The notes under the pieces were generated by a model. That model worked only from the letters and a program-made list of their open reading frames with translations, searched no databases and had not been told where the DNA came from. Made by a program: the position numbers and the translations under genes. A stretch of 64,000 nucleotides of DNA from a bacterium (GTDB lineage Bacteria > Patescibacteriota > Minisyncoccia > Phycocordibacterales > UBA12088): contig QKEV01000007.1 of the NCBI GenBank assembly GCA_003252295.1, positions 9,632-73,631 of the forward strand, read 5' to 3'. Shown piece by piece: positions 20,724 through 29,754 of this stretch (the stretch's first letter is position 1; each line of letters opens with the position of its first letter).

Positions 20724-20924
20724 TTAGTAGTTCACCTTTACATTTCCATTATCATCAACATCTACCGTGGTACCTCCAGCATCAACATGGGTTCCATTGT
20801 TACCTGTGGTAACTGAAGTATTGCCTGTTTTTACACTCGTACTATTGCTACCGCTTCCAAAAGCAAAATATCCCACAGCTGCTATACCTAGAACAACGAT
20901 AACAATTAAAACAACTTTATTCAT
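20724..20924 (-). CDS. Small membrane-anchored beta-repeat protein
   Basis: TM plus 37 aa homologous to the C-terminus of 21012-22076. Confidence 0.75.
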   Translation of the reverse strand: MNKVVLIVIVVLGIAAVGYFAFGSGSNSTSVKTGNTSVTTGNNGTHVDAGGTTVDVDDNGNVKVNY

Positions 20925-21011
20925 AAGGGTAATGATTAGTTACAATAATTACTTTCAGTATATCAAAAAACCTCAGTATAAACCGAGGTTTTTTGTGCAA
21001 CTGTGTATTGC

Positions 21012-22076
21012 TTAGTAGTTTACATTTACAGCACCAGAATCATCGATGTCTACTGTAGTTCCTCCTGCATCAACATGTACACCATCATCACCAGCAGTTA
21101 CTGAGGTATCGCCAGTTTTTACGCTAACACCATCATCAGCTATCATGACGTTTGTGTATACATCATCAATTGCCTGTGTCGTTACATTGAGTATGCCAGC
21201 TGTTTTTATCACTGTAGCTTGTTCAGTGGTAACAGAACTATCAGTAATGCTGTAGCTTGCACCTTTTACCTGTGAAGTAATAGTTTTCTTTAATTGAGCG
21301 AGACCAGGTTTTGATGCAAGGAAGCTGTACCAAGGTAGCTTAACTGCAACATCATCTCCATTAACCTCTACTTCTGCGTCAAAGTTCATGTTGAAAAGAC
21401 CAAAGAGTTTTGCAGGCTGTGAGTAGGTCATTGATACACTATTGCCCTTAACTGAAATGTCATCAATAGTGTCATATTCGTCATCAAGCATGTTTACATA
21501 GATATCAAGATCGGCATCGTCTTGGATGTACTCAACTACCGTGTCGCCATCAAAAGAAAGAAGTGCATTTCTTGTTTGAACATCAACACCCCCCTCTGAA
21601 GCCATTACACGCAAAGTTTCCCCGTTTGCAGCGGTAGTACGTATCTGTGTTCCAGAACCAGATGATTGTACCTGTGTTCCGTAAGCATTTACCTCAGTAC
21701 CGTTGTTACCGGTTTTTACTGAAGCACCTGGTGTAGAAACATCAACACCATCATCGTCAACAGAAACATCTACATCACCTGCTGATACCTGTGTCTTGTT
21801 GCCAGTGGTGTTAACTTTTGTACCTCCTGCATTCACATTGACACCATCATCGTCAACATCAACATCAACTCCTGGAAGGTCAACATCAACATCGTCACCG
21901 TCAATATCAACATCAAAACCTGTACCACTTACATCAACTGAATCTCCATCTAGATCAATATCGAGATCACCAAAACTTCCCATCATTTGTGCATGTGCAA
22001 CAAATGTCCATGAAGAAAAAATTAGTGCAGTAATGCCAAGTAGCACGACATTAAAACGTATTGTATTGCTTATCAT
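21012..22076 (-). CDS. Secreted acidic beta-repeat protein
   Basis: Signal peptide ending AHA; many V-D-V-D-D-D-G type repeats. Confidence 0.8.
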   Translation of the reverse strand: MISNTIRFNVVLLGITALIFSSWTFVAHAQMMGSFGDLDIDLDGDSVDVSGTGFDVDIDGDDVDVDLPGVDVDVDDDGVNVNAGGTKVNTTGNKTQVSAGDVDVSVDDDGVDVSTPGASVKTGNNGTEVNAYGTQVQSSGSGTQIRTTAANGETLRVMASEGGVDVQTRNALLSFDGDTVVEYIQDDADLDIYVNMLDDEYDTIDDISVKGNSVSMTYSQPAKLFGLFNMNFDAEVEVNGDDVAVKLPWYSFLASKPGLAQLKKTITSQVKGASYSITDSSVTTEQATVIKTAGILNVTTQAIDDVYTNVMIADDGVSVKTGDTSVTAGDDGVHVDAGGTTVDIDDSGAVNVNY

Positions 22077-22289
22077 AGTTTACTAATTATTTGTAATACA
22101 CCGAAAACCCTTTCTGTTGGAGAACAGAAAAAATTAGGGGGCCGATTGGTGATACTTTTAGTATATAGTCAAATTTGATGCCTTGCGCTAGTAGTTATAC
22201 ACATATTTGTATATAGGTTTAAAGAAAAAATTAATAGTTGTTTATGTGAGAATGCCCCACATCTGGTGATTTGATGCGGGGCATTGAAG

Positions 22290-22658
22290 TCATCTTGAGC
22301 TGATAACATGCTCAAAGGTGTCAAAAAAAACTACTGTAGAGTACAACTTAGAAAATATGAGGCTGATTTTGTAATGAATGGTCACATTATTTTTCTTGTC
22401 ATACTCAGCTTCTGAGCTGTACTCAACCACGAGATCGCTTCCAGATAAGAATTTTGCGCAGGACACACCTGGCATGCTTTGCAGGTATTCCTCCAGTATT
22501 GATCTTTCTTTCTCCGGAATAGATATACTCAATTGGTAGGTAGTGTTAACCAGTTCTTCTGTTGTGTTTGTGCTCAGGCCTTGTATGTACACATTTGCAA
22601 AACATGGCGGCGTGATGAACACAAAAATTGTTGCAATGATTAAAAGTATTCGTGACAC
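22290..22658 (-). CDS. Hypothetical secreted protein
   Basis: GTG start with SD GGAGGTG, signal-like N-terminus, hairpin at about 22250-22286. Confidence 0.55.
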   Translation of the reverse strand: MSRILLIIATIFVFITPPCFANVYIQGLSTNTTEELVNTTYQLSISIPEKERSILEEYLQSMPGVSCAKFLSGSDLVVEYSSEAEYDKKNNVTIHYKISLIFSKLYSTVVFFDTFEHVISSR

Positions 22659-22846
22659 TATACACCTCCATGAATTTGGATTTATTGGTTACTTTGACTA
22701 CTATAACTCTATTACCATTAGTGCATGTAATACATAACATGTCAAGAGTTTTCCACATGTGACGTGAGAAAACCCAGTACTAACATCTTTTGATGTGTAT
22801 ACACAAAACCCCGTTTGAAACGGGGTTTTGTACCATGTTGTAAACT

Positions 22847-24124
22847 TTACTGTAAGGTTTTGAAAGTGTTCTTGTTGTTCGTGTACTGCTTTAGAATCGC
22901 CTGTTCGAGTCCATTGTAGCGTTGTGTATACATAGCATCAGCGTAGGTGACACATTCTGTTCCAACGAGTTCACTTGCATGAATATCGAGCATCATAGCA
23001 GCTTGCTCACGCTTCAACCCCATCATGCATTGATTGTAGGTGTTTGTAACGTAACCAATGTCATACACTTCTTCGATCACCCTGCCGATGGTAAAGTCAG
23101 CCTCATCAAGCATTTGGTTGTACTGGTTAAATGCCTCTTGTAGATCAAGAGCGTTCTTTACTGAGTAGTAGTCACCACCTCCAGCATTTGCAATGCTCTG
23201 TAGCTGTGCTTCATCTTCACCTGCTACATCAAATCCTATAACACTCGTCGTAATACTTGGGTCACCTGCCTTTAATGACTGCACAACACTTACTGGACTA
23301 CCACCACAGGTTTCTTCCCCATCACTCACAAGGAGTATGATATTGTTCTCTGCTTGCTTCGCAAGAAGAATGTTTTTTGCCTTGAGGAGAGAGTCTGCAA
23401 TAGGTGTCCATCCTGTTGCACTAAAGCTGTCTATCTGCTGCTTTGCCTGTGTTGCATTTACAGTGCCAAGAGGAATAACCTCTTCAATACCTACACAGGA
23501 TGTTGCCTTCTCAGCTTCAGTGTTGCCGCCCTTGTGACCATACACAACAAAACTCAAGTTGATACCACCTTCACCAGCTATAGTATCAACAAAATCTTTT
23601 GCTGCTTCTTTAGCAATATCTATCTTTGCTTTACCGTCCACCTGACCTGCCATTGATCCTGAAGCATCAAACACAAGCACAAGGTTGGTTTTTGCAACAG
23701 TATCTTCTGCGGCATACTGACCACTTCGTATTGCTGTATCTTCACATTTTGAGAAGTCAAATGCATTTGCTTCAAGAAGCTGGTTGTATGTAGCCTCACA
23801 ACCTGCTGGTGCGTCTATTGCAACAGTGTTTCCACTTGTTTGCTTTGTACCTGTAGTGGTTGTGCTGTACGAATAATCATCCATATCATCATTACCTGCA
23901 AGGAATGCAAATGCGATGCCTCCTAGAACAAGCAGTACAATAAGTACAAGTAGAATCTTTACAAAAGAATGTTTTTTCTTTGGTTCTTCTTGTTGTGGTT
24001 GTGGTATTTGTTGTGGAGGAATTTCTTGTGGTGCAGGTTGCGTATACTGTGGCTGCGCCATCGGTGTAGGGCTTACCGGTTGTTGACCGTATCCCTGGTT
24101 TCCTTCTGGTGTGTATTCATTCAT
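22847..24124 (-). CDS. Membrane-anchored vWA domain protein
   Basis: MIDAS DASGSM, GWTPIA, VSDGEETCGG; Pro/Gln-rich N-terminus then TM. Confidence 0.88.
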   Translation of the reverse strand: MNEYTPEGNQGYGQQPVSPTPMAQPQYTQPAPQEIPPQQIPQPQQEEPKKKHSFVKILLVLIVLLVLGGIAFAFLAGNDDMDDYSYSTTTTGTKQTSGNTVAIDAPAGCEATYNQLLEANAFDFSKCEDTAIRSGQYAAEDTVAKTNLVLVFDASGSMAGQVDGKAKIDIAKEAAKDFVDTIAGEGGINLSFVVYGHKGGNTEAEKATSCVGIEEVIPLGTVNATQAKQQIDSFSATGWTPIADSLLKAKNILLAKQAENNIILLVSDGEETCGGSPVSVVQSLKAGDPSITTSVIGFDVAGEDEAQLQSIANAGGGDYYSVKNALDLQEAFNQYNQMLDEADFTIGRVIEEVYDIGYVTNTYNQCMMGLKREQAAMMLDIHASELVGTECVTYADAMYTQRYNGLEQAILKQYTNNKNTFKTLQ

Positions 24125-24144
24125 ATGTTCAATCAAAAGTACTG

Positions 24145-24768
24145 TTAAAAGTCCCAATCACTAGGTTCGTCCTCACCGCTGTCCCATGAGTCACCTTCTG
24201 CTCCACTATAATTGACACCTTGTCCATAGTTTGAACTTTCCCAGTGTTCACCGTTTACACCGTCAAATACGATACCTTGTCCAAAGTTAGTGCTTTCCCA
24301 TTTGCTACCCTCACTGTTTACATACGAAACCGCTTGTCCATCATTTGAACTTTCCCAGCGCTCATTGCCACTGCCAGTAAACTCTAATGCTTGACCCTCA
24401 TTTGCAACGTACCAGGTGTTTCCATTTGTGTAGTTCCAATCTGCATCAATGTCACTTTTACTGACATTAGACATGGTGCCGTCATTTGCTGTGTAGTTGT
24501 AATTAAACATGTCATCAGACCAGCAACCACTACCATCACAGTATTCACGATTCTCATAAACCTCGCCAAAATACTCCTGCATCAATGACTCTCTGTTTGC
24601 ATTCCAGCTATCTACTAATGTGCTCCACGAAAGAATTTCATCGTTCCACTTTAGGTTTTCATCTTGTGCTTTTGAACCATCCCAACTGGCTGCGTATGCA
24701 AGCAATGCAGTTGAGGAAAAAGCAAAAATTACGCCTGTAAATAAAGCGTTTCTTGTAAATGTATTCAT
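24145..24768 (-). CDS. Secreted Trp-rich repeat protein
   Basis: Signal peptide ending AYA; 19-aa repeats WESxNxGQ. Confidence 0.75.
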   Translation of the reverse strand: MNTFTRNALFTGVIFAFSSTALLAYAASWDGSKAQDENLKWNDEILSWSTLVDSWNANRESLMQEYFGEVYENREYCDGSGCWSDDMFNYNYTANDGTMSNVSKSDIDADWNYTNGNTWYVANEGQALEFTGSGNERWESSNDGQAVSYVNSEGSKWESTNFGQGIVFDGVNGEHWESSNYGQGVNYSGAEGDSWDSGEDEPSDWDF

Positions 24769-24928
24769 GTATTTAAAATACCATGTGACAGCGTCACTGG
24801 TCACATATGCAATCCACACACTCATTAAATCAAATTATTGTGACATATTGACATATGTAATATATATCGTATTCTAAAACACAGAACGAATTAACTAAGT
24901 AATTCAAAACTTAACGTGGAGGTTGGAG

Positions 24929-25393
24929 ATGAAGGTAAAAAGATACATCATGGTGCTGTTTGTCTTTTTATTCCCAACACTGAATGCGTGTGGCCCAGGC
25001 ACTGGTAGTGCTCTTCCGGGTGCGGGGATAGGCGCAGGTGCTGGAGCTTTAATTGGTCAAGCAATAGGTCACAATACTGAAGCTACACTCATTGGTGCGG
25101 TGGTTGGCATGACCCTTGGCTATATTGTTGGTAATGAGATGGATAAGTACGACCAGCAGCAAATGTTCCAGACAATAGATCAAAACAAGTCTGGTGTACC
25201 TGCCTCATGGGAAAACCCAGACAGTGGTAACCAGTACATGGTGACACCACAACCCGCGTATACTCCTGCCGGACAACCAGACGTGGTATGTCGCAAGGCA
25301 GAAATTCTTGCCACGATTGATGGTAAGACTGAAAAAACGTATACGACTGCGTGCCGTGACGCACAGAGTGGTGAGTGGACACTGCAACAGTAA
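24929..25393 (+). CDS. Glycine-zipper lipoprotein, 17-kDa surface antigen-like
   Basis: Lipobox LNAC, GAGIGAGAGALIG zipper, WENPDSG, CR...ACR...GEW. Confidence 0.8.
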   Translation: MKVKRYIMVLFVFLFPTLNACGPGTGSALPGAGIGAGAGALIGQAIGHNTEATLIGAVVGMTLGYIVGNEMDKYDQQQMFQTIDQNKSGVPASWENPDSGNQYMVTPQPAYTPAGQPDVVCRKAEILATIDGKTEKTYTTACRDAQSGEWTLQQ

Positions 25394-25453
25394 ACAATCG
25401 TTCCTTTGAAAATGACCGTTGTGTTCTACACAACGGTCATTGTTTGTTTCTGG

Positions 25454-26425
25454 CTATAAAATACTATTAAAAATGTAGCCGGATAGAATAATTGCAAAGG
25501 TTACAACTCCAAAGAAGGTGACGAGCAGTTGCCACTTCATTACTTTTTTGAGCATGAGACCTTCGGGAACGGAGAGTCCTACGGTGGCCATCATGAAGGC
25601 AAGTATGGTTCCAAGTGATATACCTTTCGCTACAAGAGCTTGAGCAATGGGAATCACCCCTGCGGCACTTGCGTAGAGTGGTACACCAACGAGGACAGCA
25701 ATCGGGACAGACCATACGTTATCTGCACCTACATGTGTCTCAAAAAAATCAGTTGGTACGTAACCATGGATGAATGCACCAAGTCCAACACCCACGAGTA
25801 CGTACAGGTACACCCGTTTGAAAATGGTAAATGCCTCTGAAGAAACTGATCGTATAAATGAAGAATTTTCGGTATGTTCTGTACCCAGGTTGAGCTTGTC
25901 TCCTTCAAGTGCGGTAACCCAGTCAGCAAGGTATCGTTCAAGGTTCAGCTTACCTAGGATGTAGCCGGCAATAACGCTTATTGCAATGCCGGTGAGAACA
26001 TATACTGCCGTAACTTTTGCTCCAAAGAGTCCTAAGAGCATTGCTATAACAACACCGTCAACCAAAGGTGAGCTGATGAGAAATGCCAAGGTGACACCTA
26101 GTGGAATACCACCTTTCACAAAACCTATAAAGAGAGGAACTGAGGAACAGGAGCAGAACGGTGTTACTGTTCCAAGTAGTGAAGCGATGACATACTCAAG
26201 TCCAAAGAGTTTATTTTTTGCAAGGTACTCTCTTACTTTTTCAATTGGGAAAAGAGTATTCACTGCCCCCATGAGGTGTGTGATGAGAAGCAGTAGAACA
26301 AGTATCTTTATGGTGTCGTAAACAAAAAAGTTTACTGAGGAACCCAGTCTCGAGACTGCATCCAAACCAAAGAGCTGATAGGTAAACCAGTCAGCAAACA
26401 CCTGTACTGGGTAAAACAGGTCCAT
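25454..26425 (-). CDS. ArsP/DUF318-family permease
   Basis: TPFCSCSSVP, FLISSP, GLSVPE; in operon with arsR. Confidence 0.88.
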   Translation of the reverse strand: MDLFYPVQVFADWFTYQLFGLDAVSRLGSSVNFFVYDTIKILVLLLLITHLMGAVNTLFPIEKVREYLAKNKLFGLEYVIASLLGTVTPFCSCSSVPLFIGFVKGGIPLGVTLAFLISSPLVDGVVIAMLLGLFGAKVTAVYVLTGIAISVIAGYILGKLNLERYLADWVTALEGDKLNLGTEHTENSSFIRSVSSEAFTIFKRVYLYVLVGVGLGAFIHGYVPTDFFETHVGADNVWSVPIAVLVGVPLYASAAGVIPIAQALVAKGISLGTILAFMMATVGLSVPEGLMLKKVMKWQLLVTFFGVVTFAIILSGYIFNSIL

Positions 26426-26426
26426 G

Positions 26427-26666
26427 CTACTCTGTGCCCTCGAGTAGTTCCTTTACCTCTTCAACTGAAGGCAATCCTCCAACGAGTACAGCATTGCCGT
26501 TTACCGTAAGTATGGGAGTTTTCAGGTAACCCATTTCAATGATTTTTTGAATATCGGTAATGTACTCAACTTCTGCATCAAGACTCAGTTCAGCAACTGC
26601 TTGCTTGGTGTTTTCGAATAGTGTTTTGCAGGTCATACAACCTGAACCTAAAACCTGAATGGTCAT
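26427..26666 (-). CDS. Small redox-active disulfide (thioredoxin-like) protein
   Basis: IQVLGSGCMTC, KTP motif, 79 aa. Confidence 0.88.
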   Translation of the reverse strand: MTIQVLGSGCMTCKTLFENTKQAVAELSLDAEVEYITDIQKIIEMGYLKTPILTVNGNAVLVGGLPSVEEVKELLEGTE

Positions 26667-26667
26667 G

Positions 26668-26943
26668 TTATTGAATTGTTTTAGCTAGTAACGTTTGATA
26701 ATGTTCTATCACTGCATCGTTTCGTGTGTACATGATCTTGTTTCCCAGACGTTCGCTTTCTACCAAGGAACACTCTTTGAGTACTTTGAGATGATGTGAA
26801 GCAAGGTTTTGGGAAATACCCAACTTGGGAAATATCTCACATACACATAATGAACCACATCTGAGTAGTTTAAGTATTGCCATGCGATTTACATCGTTAA
26901 TGGCTTTGAGGTATTCCGTAAGTGCAATAGTTTCAGTGGTCAT
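26668..26943 (-). CDS. ArsR/SmtB family regulator
   Basis: LCVCEI metal box, SQNLASHHLKVL helix. Confidence 0.9.
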   Translation of the reverse strand: MTTETIALTEYLKAINDVNRMAILKLLRCGSLCVCEIFPKLGISQNLASHHLKVLKECSLVESERLGNKIMYTRNDAVIEHYQTLLAKTIQ

Positions 26944-26964
26944 ATATCAATGAGTGTTGATATA
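26943..26964. promoter_or_regulatory. Probable ArsR operator
   Basis: TATATCAA-N6-TTGATATA inverted repeat abutting the arsR start. Confidence 0.65.
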
Positions 26965-27185
26965 CTACCACAGGTAAAACTATGGTGTCATGTGTATAAA
27001 AGGAGGCAAGTGAAAATTTATCTCACTATTTCAGAAATTCATAGTACACTTAAAACACTGTTCTACTCAATATTCTTTTTTGTTTTTGCGTACAAAATTT
27101 ACAAGCACAAACTCGCTGATAATGTTGAGAAACCTCTAATATTCTAGTTACATAACTAGAATAAAAAGTTACTTCCTATGCACCT

Positions 27186-28130
27186 CTACTTCCCTACTTT
27201 GACTGCGTTTTCAATGAGTTCTTGTGAAAAACCTTGAGGTATCTTCCCTGTTTGTGCGTATTCGTATAGTGCTAGCTTGAAAATAGCACCAAGTGCAGAT
27301 GATATTACCGAAATACAAATCATAGAAATGATAGTGAGTGCTATGACTGGAAACACAACTTCAGCGATAGGTGCAAAAATGATGACTACTACACCGAGTA
27401 TAAGAATAAAAAAGGTAATAAGACCAAAAAAGAGACCAACACCAATATTTATAATGATAGTCTCACCCCATGTTTTTCGTATTGTTGTAGCAGAAACTTT
27501 GAACGAATCAAGAACTGAAGCTTTCCCAATAACAAGAGCGGGAAGACTGAAGTACGTAAGAATATTCCAAGCAGCACCCAAAAGTGCAACAATGATTTTA
27601 CCGATAAGTTTAGAACGATCAGCTATGGCACGCAGAACCACACCGACTGTTGCAGAAATGAGTGACCAAACGAATATCTTACCAACTGCTTGTTGTGCAC
27701 CACGGATACCGTCACTAAAAGTGAGGTCAGAACCATTCATACGACCGTGCGCAATGATGTATATTCCTGCTTGAAAAAAGTTCACGATAAAGAACATCAT
27801 TGTGTAGTAAACGAGTGCTACCACGTAATCTAACGTGCCAACTTGTGTACTCGTGTCATTAAAGGCATTAATGTCAGATTGCATTATGAATACGAAGAAC
27901 AGGAGGGCAAATGTAACAAAAGCAATGATTGAAACTATGCTTGATAAGATTGGAAACCAGAGTATCTCCTTGTCTTGTTTAAGTAGTCCCCATGACTGCA
28001 TCACAACCATTTTACTTCCTCTAAACTTACCTATCTTCTGAGTGGTAGGCTGTGTACTTTGTTCGTAAGGTGTAAAGGGTTCTTGTGGTTGTTCCATGGT
28101 TTGTTGAGTTGAGTTTTGCTCTGGAGGCAT
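27186..28130 (-). CDS. Multi-TM membrane protein, DUF6159-like
   Basis: SWGLLKQDKEILWFP, WSLISATVG, KTWGE; family recalled, not searched. Confidence 0.7.
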   Translation of the reverse strand: MPPEQNSTQQTMEQPQEPFTPYEQSTQPTTQKIGKFRGSKMVVMQSWGLLKQDKEILWFPILSSIVSIIAFVTFALLFFVFIMQSDINAFNDTSTQVGTLDYVVALVYYTMMFFIVNFFQAGIYIIAHGRMNGSDLTFSDGIRGAQQAVGKIFVWSLISATVGVVLRAIADRSKLIGKIIVALLGAAWNILTYFSLPALVIGKASVLDSFKVSATTIRKTWGETIIINIGVGLFFGLITFFILILGVVVIIFAPIAEVVFPVIALTIISMICISVISSALGAIFKLALYEYAQTGKIPQGFSQELIENAVKVGK

Positions 28131-28259
28131 ACTTAAAAATTTAGTATATAAAGTTATAATAAGTATATCGAAAACACCAAACTTGCATACCATTTTTAAT
28201 GGTGCTTGGTGATAACTCATGATATGAGGTTACTGAAGAGAATACTATTCTAGTAGTGT

Positions 28260-29498
28260 TTACACAGGAAACAGGAACCTGCGCACGAGTATCGTTGCGT
28301 GCATCTGGTGCTGGGTAACGTCTATTCGTAGTTCGGGTTCATCTTTTCTGTTCATTACTCCTCCGTATCCATTTGAATCCAGTAAACTCTTCATGTCTGT
28401 GTTTTGAAGGAGGTATGAGTTTGGGTTTGGACCACCCACTTGCCATGAGATGAGCTTCATCATACCCTCGTTAATGACTGCTCCTAACTTCTCCTGTGCA
28501 GCATTGTTCATGGTGAGTCGAGCAAGTTCCCAGGCTACCGCAATACCTTCGTATGCGTACCCAGTGTTTTTTGTACGTTCAAGCGTTTTGTGTGTATCAA
28601 TCATCCAGTACGCAAGGTCTATAGTGCGCTCAGCGTATGGTTCAACTCCTTCCCAACCTGATGTGTAAATCTCATAGAACGACATTGAACTCCATTGGTA
28701 AAAACCTTTCGTTGTTGCACTGTCTGGATCCATCTCCAGAGCATCAAGTACGTTTAAGGTGTACATATGTTCTGCTGATTCCAAAATACGGTCAGAGAGC
28801 TCAGTGTAGCCAGCGTACTTCGCAGCTTTCGTGAGTGCCAGAAGTGATTCTCCATCAAAGTAGGGTGAAGGAGAACCACTTCCTGTTCCGTCTTCGTGTG
28901 AGTACGATGAGTAGAACTGCCCGTTTTCCATTCGTAGTGAAAGTAGGAAGGTGAGGTACTCATCAAGCATAGTTTTGTACTCCTCCCGTTCCTCCTCAGT
29001 AAGGTCAGTTTGCAAAAATTCTGTTAATGATAAACACATGAGTGCAATGGTGCCTGTACTTCCACTCCAATCACTTGGATAGAGTACGTAGCGTCCTCCT
29101 TCTTCTGTCATGTGTGAACGTGAGGAAAAGTATGCCAACCCCTTTTTGAGTGCGGCTTTTGTTGCGTCACTAGGGTGTTCCTTATGGATGAGTGCTATAC
29201 CCCAGAGAGCACCAGCTTGGCGTACCTGGTTGTCTTGGTTAGAGAATGTGTCAGTGAGAAAGTTGTATTCATATACAAAGTTCCCCTCTTCTTCTTGGTT
29301 TTTCAAGAGAAATGCTGTTCCAGCAGCTAGTGATTCATCCAAGAGTGAAGCTGTGAGTATGCCACTGTATTGTAATGTTGAATTATTGTTAGTACTGCTT
29401 TCGTTTGCCCCTGAAAACTGCTTAACAGTGAAAAAAAGAAGCAAACACGCAATAGCAAGTAAAACAACAACATTTAGTTTTTTTGAAATATTTTTCAT
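28260..29498 (-). CDS. Membrane-anchored alpha/alpha-toroid-like protein
   Basis: N-terminal TM, QEEEGNF and MENGQF repeats, VRQAG and C-terminal RIDVTQH. Confidence 0.6.
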   Translation of the reverse strand: MKNISKKLNVVVLLAIACLLLFFTVKQFSGANESSTNNNSTLQYSGILTASLLDESLAAGTAFLLKNQEEEGNFVYEYNFLTDTFSNQDNQVRQAGALWGIALIHKEHPSDATKAALKKGLAYFSSRSHMTEEGGRYVLYPSDWSGSTGTIALMCLSLTEFLQTDLTEEEREEYKTMLDEYLTFLLSLRMENGQFYSSYSHEDGTGSGSPSPYFDGESLLALTKAAKYAGYTELSDRILESAEHMYTLNVLDALEMDPDSATTKGFYQWSSMSFYEIYTSGWEGVEPYAERTIDLAYWMIDTHKTLERTKNTGYAYEGIAVAWELARLTMNNAAQEKLGAVINEGMMKLISWQVGGPNPNSYLLQNTDMKSLLDSNGYGGVMNRKDEPELRIDVTQHQMHATILVRRFLFPV

Positions 29499-29754
29499 GT
29501 AATTCAAGTAATAAGCTTTGAATGTTCAGTTTACTTCCCTGATACATTGAGCAGATCCTATACGTTTTGTATTGTATCTATTTTTTTAATTCAGTAAACT
29601 GTTTTTACTGATTCCATCGTGCTCTAAACATGGTGTGTCTATTGAACCCTAAACCCTTGACTTTTCGGAAAATATTGGCATATTGAGGGTGTTTTTAAAT
29701 TTATGGTGTTTCGGGGCTTTTGGTGCTGAAATGCCGCCAATATTCACTATTGTT

